20,000 bases of DNA from an uncultured virus (IMG/VR IMGVR_UViG_3300022928_000001) (IMGVR_UViG_3300022928_000001), one strand, 5' to 3'. Counted from the stretch's first letter, positions 1-9,272 are shown. The notes: generated by a model not told the origin, from the letters alone. A program made the numbers and translations.

Positions 1-2
1 TT

Positions 3-3000
3 AGCGATGACTTATTAAGTACTATAAAAAATGCTGCTAAAAAAGCATTAGCTACAGTAAGCAAAAAAGTAGACGATATAAAATTTAAATCAGATGTTTC
101 TAAATCTTTTAAAGATGATTTATATAAATTAATTAAAGACGCTAAAGGTCTTAAAAATACAAAAACAAATCCTGGTTTAACGAAAGCAATAGAAGAGTCT
201 CCAGAGGCTTTTTATAATTCACTTTCTATAGAGTCCATGCGTATGGCCCGCGCTAAAGGAGGAGTAAATCCTTTTGAGCAAGCAGGTTTATTAAAAAGAG
301 ATAGCAATGGTGATTTGCAAAAAGTAAAATTTAGCAATGATATTTTATCTAAGTTTTTAAACTATTATACAGATGAATCTTTAAAACCAGCGGCTAGATC
401 CGATAGACAAATGAATCTTATTGAAGCTTTAGTTACTTCAATGGGTGCACGCGAGGCTATAAACTTATTAGAAAATGATATTGAGTTTAGAAAAAGATTT
501 GCTGAGCAGCAACAACAAGAGCAGTCTAAAAATGTTTTTGAGCAAGCAGCAAATAAAATAAAAAATATATTTCAAAAATCTTTTGTAAAATCAATAAAAG
601 AATTTGCAGCATTTGGCAAAACATGGAAGGCTATTGCTAAAGATTTTAATATTAATGTATTATTAGATTCTAAAAATGAAGCGGATGTTTTAGAATTTCA
701 AAACTGGGTTGCTGAAACGGCAACTCGTTTTTTGCCTAGAAGTTTTTTTACAAGTGGAACTTTTGCGGGCGCTGGCACATCAGCTCCTTCAAGAAACTTT
801 TATTATACATCTGTTGAGCAATTAAATGAATCAATAAAAAATTCTTCTTTTGCCAAAGAGGACTCAGATATTGAAGCTGCAGTAACAAAACAAAATTATA
901 CCTCAGGGGTTGGGTCTAAAAGAAAAATTCAAGATAAATTTTTAAAAGGTCTTTGGGGTTCTGCTAAATTACAAGAGCAAAATAAATCTAAATTAGAAGG
1001 TTTAAAAAAAATATTTTTAGCTTTTGAGTCTATGATTAAGGAAGACCCAAATAATGCTAAATTTATTATAGCCATGCTAAGCAGCACTAGCCAGGGAATG
1101 GGGGGCTTTGTAAGAGTATCTGCTCCAATTAATTTTATAGCTAAAAATTTATTTGGAGTAATTGTTGAAGAGCATACTTTACCAGCTAGTTTGGTTGCAA
1201 AATATTTGTTTAACCAAGCCATGAATCAAACTGTTAATAAAGGATTCAATGGAATTAAAAATAATTATTTTCAGGGAGCTTTAGCAAAAATTGATGACAA
1301 TAAACTTGCTGGATTAGGACCTGATGGTAGACCTTATAATTATAAAGAAAGAACCCCACCGGGATGGACTTTATTAGACAATATATGGGCTAGGTATTTT
1401 AATAAAAATGTTAATAGTACATCAAACGGTATTGATCCTAATAATATTGTTTTAGCAAATAATAAAACTGTTGCAGAAGAATTTAATGTTGGTTTTGACG
1501 GATCAATTATACCTGATGTTAAAAAACTACAACAAGAAGCTATAGCTGAGCAAACAGAAGATCAAGTAGAAAACCTAATTGATAGAGCTATAGCTAAGTT
1601 AACAGAGCTAACTGGAACGGAAGGAACTTTGCAAACTAATATAGGGGCTGTGCCAATTAATATAATTATTGGAGGTTTAAGAGCAACTAAATTAGCTTAT
1701 CAAGGTGGAAAAGCTTTAGCTGATGCAATAGCTGATGGTTATAAAAAAGTTAAAGGCTACATGAGTGCTAAAGAGTGGTCTGATTTTGTAACACAATACA
1801 CCAGTGAAGTAAAAAACGAAAAAAATCCTTCACAAGTTAAATTAGCAATACTTTCTGAAAAAGGGGTTGCTCAAGTGCAAGAGCAAGCTAGAAAAACAAA
1901 TGAAGCTTTATTAAATAGCTTAGGCATAGAAACAGAAGGGTTAACAACAGAAGAAATTGTTGATAAAATAAATACGCTAAGAAAAGCAAAAGTAGCAGCA
2001 GCAAATAAAAAAGCACCAACTAAGAAGGCTAGAGTTTTTGATTTTGATGACACTCTAGCTAAAACTAAATCTAACGTGCTATACACGCTTCCAGATGGCA
2101 CTTCAGGAAGTTTAGATGCTACACAATTTGCAGAACAATATAGCGAGTTACAGGAAGCCGGAGCAACTTTTGATTATTCTGAGTTTAGCCAAGTAAAAGA
2201 TGGAAGTAAAGGGCCGTTAGCTGTTCTTGCCAAAAAATTTACCGAGGCTAAAGGGGATAGAGATGTTTTTGTTTTAACAGCTAGACCCGCTGATTCAGCT
2301 AAAGCTATACAAGAATTTTTAAGATCAACATTAGGAATAAGTATTCCTTTGCAAAATATTACAGGTTTGGCAAATGGAAAACCTAGTGCTAAAGCTTTTT
2401 GGATTGCGGAAAAGGTTTCTGAAGGTTATAATGATGTATTTTTTGCGGATGACGCTGCTGCTAATGTAAAAGCAGTTGCCTCTATGCTTGACAACTTAGG
2501 TGTTACTAAACGAGTGCAACAAGCTAAAGAAACTGATCAAAAAAGCCTTGAAGATGAAATGGATTCTATTATTAGAGGTAAGAAAAGATCTAAAATAGCT
2601 AAATTTTTAAGTAAAATTAATATTTACATTCCGCCTGGAGCGGATGATTTTGCTGGACTGCTTCAATATTTTCAAGCCAAAGGAAAGTTAGGAGAAGAAC
2701 AAATGCAATGGTTTCAAGATAATTTATTAATTCCTTTTTCTAAAGGCATTGCCGCATTTACTTCTGCTAAAGTTACATTAGCTAGTGATTTTAAAGAATT
2801 AAATAAAAGATTTAAAAATACAAAAACACTAGGTGTATCTTCTAAATTTAGAAAATTGCTTGATAAAAAAGTATTAGATGGATTATATACTAATGAACAA
2901 GCAGTTAGAGCTTACTTATATGATAAAGCAGGAGAAGATTTAGGTATAAATAAAGCGGATGCTCAAGATTTAATAAGTTTAGTTGAAGGTAATTCTGAAT

Positions 3001-4889
3001 TAAAAGCATATGCAGATGAACTTTCTAAAATAACAAAATTAGATACAGGCTATCCTCCTATTACCGAGCAATGGCTAGGTGGGAATATTGAGTCAGACAT
3101 GGCTACAGTTTCTAATAGAGCACAAAGAAAAGAATTTTTGCAAGAATTTATTAATAATAAAAATCAAATATTTTCTGAGCAAAACATGAAGCTAATAAAA
3201 CAGGTTTATGGAAATGACTTTACTGACGCTCTTAAAAACATTCTTGAAAGAATGGAAACTGGCCAAAATCGTAAAAAAGGTAAAGACAAGGAATTCAACG
3301 CAGCAATGAATTGGATTAACCAATCCGTAGGTGCGGTTATGTCTATTAACATGCGTTCCGCTTTGCTTCAACAAATGTCTATTGTTAATTACTTAAACTG
3401 GAATTTTAATAATCCTATTAAAATGGGATTAGCTATGGCTAATGTCCCTCAGTTTATGAAAGATTACATTAAGATATTAAACTCCGATTTTTTAAAAGAA
3501 AGAAGAGGAGGTATGGCAATTGAAGTTAATTTATCAGATATAGCAGACTCAACTCCAGGTAATTTATTCCAAAGGCTAAACAAAAAAGTTTTAGAATTAG
3601 GATTTAAGCCTACTCAATGGGGTGATAGTAATGCTATTGCATTTGGTGGAGCTTCGTGGTATAGAAATAGATATAATCAATTAATTAAAGAAGGTTTATC
3701 TGAATCTGAAGCGGATGCTCAAGCTATGTTAGAATTTCAAGAAGTTACAGAAACCTCTCAACAGTCATCAAGGGTTGATAAAGTCTCTAGACAACAAGCT
3801 TCAGATATAGGTAGACTTATATTAGCATTTGCTAATACACCATTACAGTATGCTCGTGAAACTAGAAAAGCAACTTCTGATTTAATAAATGGAAGAGGTG
3901 ATTGGAGAACAAATGCTTCAAAAATAATTTATTATGGAGTTGCCCAAAACTTAATATTTACCGCTTTACAGCAAGGTTTATTTTCTTTGTTAATTGGTGA
4001 TGATGATGATGACGAAGAAAAAAGAAACAAAAAATTAAATTATGCAGTAAACGGAGTTTTAGACGGCATACTTAGAGGTATGGGTTACGCAGGAGCGGTA
4101 GTATCCGCGCTTAAAAACTTAAGTATGGAGTACTACGATCAATATCAAAAAAGACAAGCTGGAGAAAGAGTATATGACGGTTCCTTAAAGCTTATACAAA
4201 AGGGTCTTTCAATTTCTCCTCCTATTAGCAAAAAAATAGGTGATATTGTAGAAGCCCAAAAGTTTGAAACATGGAGACAATATAAAAACGACCCGTTTTA
4301 TCAAGCTTTTGCTTACGCTAATTATGTTTCAGGAATAACTAATTTGCCGGTTGATCGTGTTTTTAAGAAAATAGAAAACTTAAAAGCCGCTTCACTGGAA
4401 AGTACTGAAACGTGGCAATCTTTGTTTTTGTCTTTAGGTTGGTCGCCTTATAATGTAGGTGTAGAATATCCTAAAAAAGTTGGAAAGAAAAAAATAATAA
4501 AAATTTCAAAACCAAAAGAACTTAAACAATATAAGCCTATTGGTGGTAGTAAAAGAAAAAAGAAATCTTTAACTGGTATAGGTTCTGGAATTCCTAAAGT
4601 TTTACCTAAAGGTGTTTTAGGTAGAGCTAATCGCGATGGCAGCATTGAAGTTGCTGAAGGATTATCTCCTACTAAAAAAAAGCAAGTAATTGCTCATGAA
4701 CAAAAGCATCAAGAGGATATGAAATCTGGAAAACTAGATTATAATAAAAAATTTATTTATTGGAATAATGAAAAGTATAAAAGAACAGCTGATAAAAAAA
4801 TAAATTATAAAGGAAAATTATATATTGAAGGTTCTCCGGCTTTACCTTGGGAAAAAGCTGCAAATAAAGCTGAAAAAAAAATTAATTAA
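3..4889 (+). CDS. Giant polyvalent probable virion/ejection protein (5'-truncated by window), with internal HAD phosphatase domain and C-terminal HExxH zincin-like module
   Basis: The frame is open from base 3 with no stop before the ATG at 237, so at least 1628 codons. HAD motifs are FDFDDTL (2037-2057), VLTAR, K and FFADD (about 2439-2453). HEQKH lies at 4695-4709, followed by PWEKAA. The body is helical with hydrophobic C-terminal segments. The virion role is inferred from size and strand context. Confidence 0.8.
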   Translation, partial: SDDLLSTIKNAAKKALATVSKKVDDIKFKSDVSKSFKDDLYKLIKDAKGLKNTKTNPGLTKAIEESPEAFYNSLSIESMRMARAKGGVNPFEQAGLLKRDSNGDLQKVKFSNDILSKFLNYYTDESLKPAARSDRQMNLIEALVTSMGAREAINLLENDIEFRKRFAEQQQQEQSKNVFEQAANKIKNIFQKSFVKSIKEFAAFGKTWKAIAKDFNINVLLDSKNEADVLEFQNWVAETATRFLPRSFFTSGTFAGAGTSAPSRNFYYTSVEQLNESIKNSSFAKEDSDIEAAVTKQNYTSGVGSKRKIQDKFLKGLWGSAKLQEQNKSKLEGLKKIFLAFESMIKEDPNNAKFIIAMLSSTSQGMGGFVRVSAPINFIAKNLFGVIVEEHTLPASLVAKYLFNQAMNQTVNKGFNGIKNNYFQGALAKIDDNKLAGLGPDGRPYNYKERTPPGWTLLDNIWARYFNKNVNSTSNGIDPNNIVLANNKTVAEEFNVGFDGSIIPDVKKLQQEAIAEQTEDQVENLIDRAIAKLTELTGTEGTLQTNIGAVPINIIIGGLRATKLAYQGGKALADAIADGYKKVKGYMSAKEWSDFVTQYTSEVKNEKNPSQVKLAILSEKGVAQVQEQARKTNEALLNSLGIETEGLTTEEIVDKINTLRKAKVAAANKKAPTKKARVFDFDDTLAKTKSNVLYTLPDGTSGSLDATQFAEQYSELQEAGATFDYSEFSQVKDGSKGPLAVLAKKFTEAKGDRDVFVLTARPADSAKAIQEFLRSTLGISIPLQNITGLANGKPSAKAFWIAEKVSEGYNDVFFADDAAANVKAVASMLDNLGVTKRVQQAKETDQKSLEDEMDSIIRGKKRSKIAKFLSKINIYIPPGADDFAGLLQYFQAKGKLGEEQMQWFQDNLLIPFSKGIAAFTSAKVTLASDFKELNKRFKNTKTLGVSSKFRKLLDKKVLDGLYTNEQAVRAYLYDKAGEDLGINKADAQDLISLVEGNSELKAYADELSKITKLDTGYPPITEQWLGGNIESDMATVSNRAQRKEFLQEFINNKNQIFSEQNMKLIKQVYGNDFTDALKNILERMETGQNRKKGKDKEFNAAMNWINQSVGAVMSINMRSALLQQMSIVNYLNWNFNNPIKMGLAMANVPQFMKDYIKILNSDFLKERRGGMAIEVNLSDIADSTPGNLFQRLNKKVLELGFKPTQWGDSNAIAFGGASWYRNRYNQLIKEGLSESEADAQAMLEFQEVTETSQQSSRVDKVSRQQASDIGRLILAFANTPLQYARETRKATSDLINGRGDWRTNASKIIYYGVAQNLIFTALQQGLFSLLIGDDDDDEEKRNKKLNYAVNGVLDGILRGMGYAGAVVSALKNLSMEYYDQYQKRQAGERVYDGSLKLIQKGLSISPPISKKIGDIVEAQKFETWRQYKNDPFYQAFAYANYVSGITNLPVDRVFKKIENLKAASLESTETWQSLFLSLGWSPYNVGVEYPKKVGKKKIIKISKPKELKQYKPIGGSKRKKKSLTGIGSGIPKVLPKGVLGRANRDGSIEVAEGLSPTKKKQVIAHEQKHQEDMKSGKLDYNKKFIYWNNEKYKRTADKKINYKGKLYIEGSPALPWEKAANKAEKKIN

Positions 4890-4891
4890 TT

Positions 4892-5479
4892 ATGGAAGAC
4901 GAAAGTTTAAAATTAAAAAAAGCCCGTGAAAAAATGAACGATGCTTTAGGTTTAAAAGAATCAAACTCTATTACTCCTGAGCCTAAGCTTAAAACAAAAA
5001 AACAAAAAAATAAAGCAAAAAAAAGAGTTGATAAAATTACCCGTAGAGTAGAAAGAAAATACGATGCTGGAGATCTTAGCACTACTGAAAATATGGCAGC
5101 TGCAAGAACAAAAGAGGGTAATTTAATTGATACAAGAAAACAAAAAAGAAAAGATTATCTTGTTGCTTTTGCTAATGAACTAGCTCCCGCAGAACAATCT
5201 GGGCAATATAAAGGAGAAGCTTTTGGTAAAGGGCCAAAACCCACGAGTGGCGAAGCAAGTATTGCAGGTGCTCAAGCTGCTGTTGATGATAAAAGAGCGG
5301 AAACAGCAAAAAATGAGCAGCAATATTCAGATATTTTTAAAGGATTACAAGATGTATCAAACGATAAATTACTTAATAATTTTTCTTATGATACAGGTGT
5401 TTCTGGTTTAAATAAAAATACAGACTCGAATCCTTCTTCTTTTATGAAAAAAGAATATTTTAAAAAGAGAGGATATTAA
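4892..5479 (+). CDS. Hypothetical Lys-rich protein (195 aa)
   Basis: Starts 2 nt after the giant ORF stop and ends immediately before the terminator. No recognisable motif. Confidence 0.75.
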   Translation: MEDESLKLKKAREKMNDALGLKESNSITPEPKLKTKKQKNKAKKRVDKITRRVERKYDAGDLSTTENMAAARTKEGNLIDTRKQKRKDYLVAFANELAPAEQSGQYKGEAFGKGPKPTSGEASIAGAQAAVDDKRAETAKNEQQYSDIFKGLQDVSNDKLLNNFSYDTGVSGLNKNTDSNPSSFMKKEYFKKRGY

Positions 5480-5524
5480 ATAAAAAAAGGGGTAACCATT
5501 TACGGCTACCCCTTTATTTTTTTT
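5480..5524. terminator. Bidirectional intrinsic terminator between convergent modules
   Basis: Perfect 9-bp stem AAAGGGGTA (5486-5494) / TACCCCTTT (5507-5515), extended inward by 2 C-G pairs, loop ATTTAC. An A-run on the left and a T-run on the right give a U-tail on both strands. Confidence 0.9.
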
Positions 5525-7265
5525 ACCCATCACAAGATATGCAACTAGGATCCATTGCTTTTGCGGCTATATCGCCTCGCAATACTGATTCTGTACGCAT
5601 ATAATATAATGTTTTTATACCTCTTTTCCAAGCTTCAAAATGTACCTGATTAATCCATCTAGGCTCTGCTTCTGAAGGGAAAGCTAAATTAAGTGATACC
5701 GACTGATCTATATAATCTTGCCGTATACCCGCTTGACCAACCAATTCTAATTGGTTTATTTCTTTAAATGTTTTAAATACATTTTTAACTGGCTCACCAT
5801 CTTCTTGAGTTAGTCGTCCGAGGTGGTCGTAAAACCATCCATCGAGTTCTTTAATTCCTTGAACGGATCCACCATCTTCCAAAATTTTATCCCAAATTTC
5901 TTTGGTATCGATACCAATCTTTTTAAATACTTTTTTAAGTTCATTGTTTTTGCGTATAAACGTTCCTTTAGCTGATTGCTCTGTAAATACATTAGCAGCC
6001 CAAGGCTCAATTCCAGGAGATATATTGCCACTAAGCTTACTATTAGAGACTGTAGGGGCCACAGACCGAAGATGAGTGTTACGCATACCAGTACCCACAC
6101 ACCAGAGAGGCTCCCCATATATTTCTGCAAGCTTTCTTGACGCTCTTTCAGATTCAATTTTAATTTTACTAAAAATTTCACGTGTTTTAAATTGTGCTAA
6201 TAATCCTTCAAAAGCAATTCCTTTTTGCTGCAACAAAGTATGCCAACCTAAAACACCTAAGCCAACTGCTCGGCCTTTTTCAGCACTACGTATAGCATTC
6301 TCAAAGCCTTTCATGTTTTTAGCTTTTTGTATAAACTCTTCCATCACTCCATCTAAAAACCAAATAGCATCGTAAATAAGATTAGTATTTTTCCATTCAT
6401 CATACTTTGCAAGGTTTACTGAAGACAAACAACAAACAAAACTATGCGATTCATCTGTATGCAATGTAATTTCACTGCATATGTTTGTCATATGTACTTT
6501 TAAGCTATTGCTTTTGTAAGCATCTGGATTAGCTTTGTTCGTATTGCCTTTAAAGAGGATATACGGCTCCCCAGTAGCTTTACGTTTTTGGAGTAGTTTT
6601 GACCACCTCGATCTTGCTTCTTGATCTCCGCCCTCGAGTCTTCGCATAAACTTATCGCCAACGACAGCACACTGATGTAGGTTAAGAGATTGCCTGTTGA
6701 CGTCACCTTTAGGTTCTCTGATTTCCAACCATTCATCAAAATCAGGGTGTTCGATATTGAGATTAACGGATGCAGCCCCTCTTCGTACTGATCCTTGATT
6801 GGTCGCGAGTATAGTTGAGTCATAGATTTTGCAAAAAGGGACAACTCCATCTGATGTTCCATTACCTGTAATTTTAGCTCCAGCGGGTCTTATCATATTA
6901 ATGCCAATACCTACACCCCCGCCGTGCTTTGCAAGCAGCATCATTTCTAAATTCTTTTGTCCAATATCATTTATACTATCTGCTACATCAATACCAAAGC
7001 AACTTATAGGTAAACCTCGGTCTGTGCCTGTATTAGACAACACTGGGGAAGCTAAACATAGCCACCCCTTCCATATATACTCAAAAAACTTTTCAGCCAG
7101 TTCTGGCTTATATAAACGCCTCGCTACTGAATTAGCTACTCTTTGATAGGCGTCTCTAGGTGATTCTCCTAAAAGCAAATATCCGCCTGTAATGGTTTTT
7201 TTATAAACCTCAGTGTCTCCCCAAGACGGATAGTCAACACCTTTTTTCCATTCTTTATTCCACAT
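5523..7265 (-). CDS. nrdA: Class I ribonucleotide reductase alpha subunit (short, no ATP-cone; NrdAi/class Id-like)
   Basis: Motifs RGLPISCF, GGGVG, TNICSEI (catalytic N-x-C-x-E), VAPTVSNS, KTLYY and C-terminal CISCDG. 580 aa with no N-terminal ATP-cone. Confidence 0.95.
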   Translation of the reverse strand: MWNKEWKKGVDYPSWGDTEVYKKTITGGYLLLGESPRDAYQRVANSVARRLYKPELAEKFFEYIWKGWLCLASPVLSNTGTDRGLPISCFGIDVADSINDIGQKNLEMMLLAKHGGGVGIGINMIRPAGAKITGNGTSDGVVPFCKIYDSTILATNQGSVRRGAASVNLNIEHPDFDEWLEIREPKGDVNRQSLNLHQCAVVGDKFMRRLEGGDQEARSRWSKLLQKRKATGEPYILFKGNTNKANPDAYKSNSLKVHMTNICSEITLHTDESHSFVCCLSSVNLAKYDEWKNTNLIYDAIWFLDGVMEEFIQKAKNMKGFENAIRSAEKGRAVGLGVLGWHTLLQQKGIAFEGLLAQFKTREIFSKIKIESERASRKLAEIYGEPLWCVGTGMRNTHLRSVAPTVSNSKLSGNISPGIEPWAANVFTEQSAKGTFIRKNNELKKVFKKIGIDTKEIWDKILEDGGSVQGIKELDGWFYDHLGRLTQEDGEPVKNVFKTFKEINQLELVGQAGIRQDYIDQSVSLNLAFPSEAEPRWINQVHFEAWKRGIKTLYYMRTESVLRGDIAAKAMDPSCISCDG

Positions 7266-7270
7266 CTAAT

Positions 7271-7417
7271 TTATTTTAGTTCTTTATCTTTCTTAAGCAT
7301 ATCTTTTTTATTAGTTCTAATATACTCAAGTATAGCTCCTGCTACTCTTACATCTGAATCAAACATATTGGTTAAATCAGATTCATATTCAAATAATTCT
7401 TGTAATGGTGTTTTCAT
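7271..7417 (-). CDS. Small hypothetical protein (48 aa, MKTPLQELFEYESD...KDKELK)
   Basis: Not in the ORF track; translated by hand. The ATG overlaps the upstream stop (TAATG at 7415-7419) and the ORF fills the gap to nrdA. Confidence 0.6.
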   Translation of the reverse strand: MKTPLQELFEYESDLTNMFDSDVRVAGAILEYIRTNKKDMLKKDKELK

Positions 7418-7767
7418 TATGCACTATATAAATAAATTAAATATCCTATTGTAACATTTACATTAACCGCAACTAAGTTCCATTGTTTTAAAACAAAAAC
7501 CTGCGGAGTTAATAATAAGCCGGCTATTACATATGTTATTCCTCCAATTTTACCATAGCTTAATAAATGCGGAGACATCATCATGAAAGCTGTGCCCATA
7601 TACCCTAATCTAAAAGAAAGTCTTTCAATAGCAGTTAATCTTCTATCGTGTACTAATGCTCTTAAAAATCTTTGTTTAAAACGATATTCACATTTCTTAC
7701 AGGTGCGTTTACCATAACGAAACTTATTTGTATTTTTTTCTTTATGGCATTTGTTACATTTTCTCAT
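7417..7767 (-). CDS. Zn-finger (CxxC...CxxC) plus about 3-TM membrane protein
   Basis: MRKCNKC...TCKKC followed by three hydrophobic segments including LLTPQV. The true start is probably the ATG at 7767 (TAATG overlap with the nrdB stop) rather than the TTG at 7773. Confidence 0.7.
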   Translation of the reverse strand: MRKCNKCHKEKNTNKFRYGKRTCKKCEYRFKQRFLRALVHDRRLTAIERLSFRLGYMGTAFMMMSPHLLSYGKIGGITYVIAGLLLTPQVFVLKQWNLVAVNVNVTIGYLIYLYSA

Positions 7768-8735
7768 TACCAAATATCTTCAAAATCTTCTCCTTCATTC
7801 GCTTTGGAATAGTCCGTGGGACGTACAGCAAAAAAGTCAGTATGAGTGTGACCACCAGTGAGATGGTAAAACCAATCGAGTTTGCTTGCTCCTTCGGCAT
7901 CATATTCAAAGTACTTCCTGATGTTTGTGTAACCAAGTTCATTGATTTTTTCATTAAGTCTTTTTCTAATAAATTGTTTGAGATCGTTGGCTTTAAGGTT
8001 TTCAATATCTCCTTGTTCGAACATTTTGTCAATATATCTTTCTTCTGCTTTAAGCATTGCTTCTGCTGCATCTATAACATCTTTTTTACAATCTTCTAAT
8101 AACTTAGGATCTTCTTGACACATATGCTTAAACAGCTGGCAACCCATCTTACTGTGTAATGATTCATCTCGCACAGACCATTTCATTTGTTGTCCAATAC
8201 CTTTTAAAAGATTTCTTAACTGGAAGCTATATAACACAGCAAAAGCAGAATATAAACTAACTCCTTCAGCAAAAGCACTAAAAATAGCCAACGATTTTGC
8301 AATACCAATTTTATCAGTTCCTTCATAGCTAACTAAATTATCAAAGCGTTCCATAGTAGCTTCGTCTTGTAAAAACGCTTCAAAGTTTTCTAATCCTAAT
8401 GTTTCATTTAAATAGCTATAAGCAACAGCGTGTATTGTTTCTTGCGAACCAAACATCATAGCCATTTGCTGTATTTCGTGCTTAGGAAACCAGCCTACTA
8501 CCTTTTGAGTCCAATAATCTGAAACGGCACATTCTGTTTGGGCAAAGCCTAATAAAATATTACCAACTAAGTTTTTTTCTGAATCAGTTAGTTTTTCGTT
8601 CCAATCCTTAACGTCACCTGACATTGGTATTTCGGTGTGCAACCAGAACGCTTGAGCTTGTTTAAGCCATCCCTCAGTATAGTACTCTGGATATTCAAAT
8701 GGTTTGTACGGTATTCTTTCATCAAATAATCCCAT
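7767..8735 (-). CDS. nrdB: Class I ribonucleotide reductase beta subunit (NrdBi/class Id-like)
   Basis: Ferritin-like metal ligands E68, E99-x-x-H102, AEGV and DESLH; Tyr106; FW-x-x-x-E; C-terminal DFFAVRPTDYSK. Confidence 0.95.
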   Translation of the reverse strand: MGLFDERIPYKPFEYPEYYTEGWLKQAQAFWLHTEIPMSGDVKDWNEKLTDSEKNLVGNILLGFAQTECAVSDYWTQKVVGWFPKHEIQQMAMMFGSQETIHAVAYSYLNETLGLENFEAFLQDEATMERFDNLVSYEGTDKIGIAKSLAIFSAFAEGVSLYSAFAVLYSFQLRNLLKGIGQQMKWSVRDESLHSKMGCQLFKHMCQEDPKLLEDCKKDVIDAAEAMLKAEERYIDKMFEQGDIENLKANDLKQFIRKRLNEKINELGYTNIRKYFEYDAEGASKLDWFYHLTGGHTHTDFFAVRPTDYSKANEGEDFEDIW

Positions 8736-8933
8736 TTATTTTTCTTCTTCTTTTTTAGTTAAACTTTCTTTTAATTTATCTAATGCTAATTGGTAATCTG
8801 GAAACTCTTTAATTAATTCCATAGTACCTATTGATAAATCTTTAAGATTAGTTAACTCTTGCACAACCCTATTCATAGCTGACCCTAAAGTATCTATTTT
8901 ATTAGACATTTCTATTAATCTACTTTCTTTCAT
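8736..8933 (-). CDS. Hypothetical coiled-coil protein (65 aa)
   Basis: Abuts the nrdB start; ATGA overlap with the upstream ORF. Confidence 0.7.
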   Translation of the reverse strand: MKESRLIEMSNKIDTLGSAMNRVVQELTNLKDLSIGTMELIKEFPDYQLALDKLKESLTKKEEEK

Positions 8934-9079
8934 TCTAATATTTTTTTACTTAAAAAAACAGGTGAGCCGTCTTTTATATATGCAATTATATGTTTGTCTC
9001 GCTCTTCAATAATTATGTTATCACCTTTTTTAAATCTACTAGGATAATTTTTTAATAAATATTCTTCTATATTACTCAT
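8930..9079 (-). CDS. Small hypothetical protein (49 aa, MSNIEEYLLKNYPSRF...SKKILE)
   Basis: Hand-translated. Its TGA overlaps the next ATG (ATGA) and its start overlaps the upstream ORF end. Confidence 0.6.
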   Translation of the reverse strand: MSNIEEYLLKNYPSRFKKGDNIIIEERDKHIIAYIKDGSPVFLSKKILE

Positions 9080-9209
9080 AATATATTGTTATTATAAATT
9101 CAACAAATGGCAAATAAACTACATGCTCTACAAATTGCTGCTCCGGATAGCTTCTAGCTCCTATAAGCACCCCAGGATATAATCCTACTGCTAATTCCCA
9201 ACCTTTCAT
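9072..9209 (-). CDS. Small hydrophobic hypothetical protein (45 aa, MKGWELAVGLYPGVLIGARSY...IYYE)
   Basis: Hand-translated; 8-nt overlap with the next ORF; protein-like composition. Confidence 0.6.
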   Translation of the reverse strand: MKGWELAVGLYPGVLIGARSYPEQQFVEHVVYLPFVEFIITIYYE

Positions 9210-9272
9210 TGCGTTTCATTTAAATAATAAAGAAGCATCTTCATATGAAAAGATACCCTTTCTTTATAGTGA

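Noticed and set aside
237..239. ATG at 237 as the start of the giant protein
   Set aside because: The frame is open to the window edge, so the real start is probably upstream.
929..4645. Minus-strand ORFs 929..1222, 1871..2101, 3192..3374 and 4448..4645
   Set aside because: Antisense shadows of the giant + strand gene; no motifs.
5810..8099. Alternative-frame and antisense ORFs inside nrdA/nrdB (5810..6181, 6076..6375, 6500..6862, 6829..7146, 7728..8099, 7754..8071)
   Set aside because: They overlap well-supported RNR genes and have no independent coding signal.
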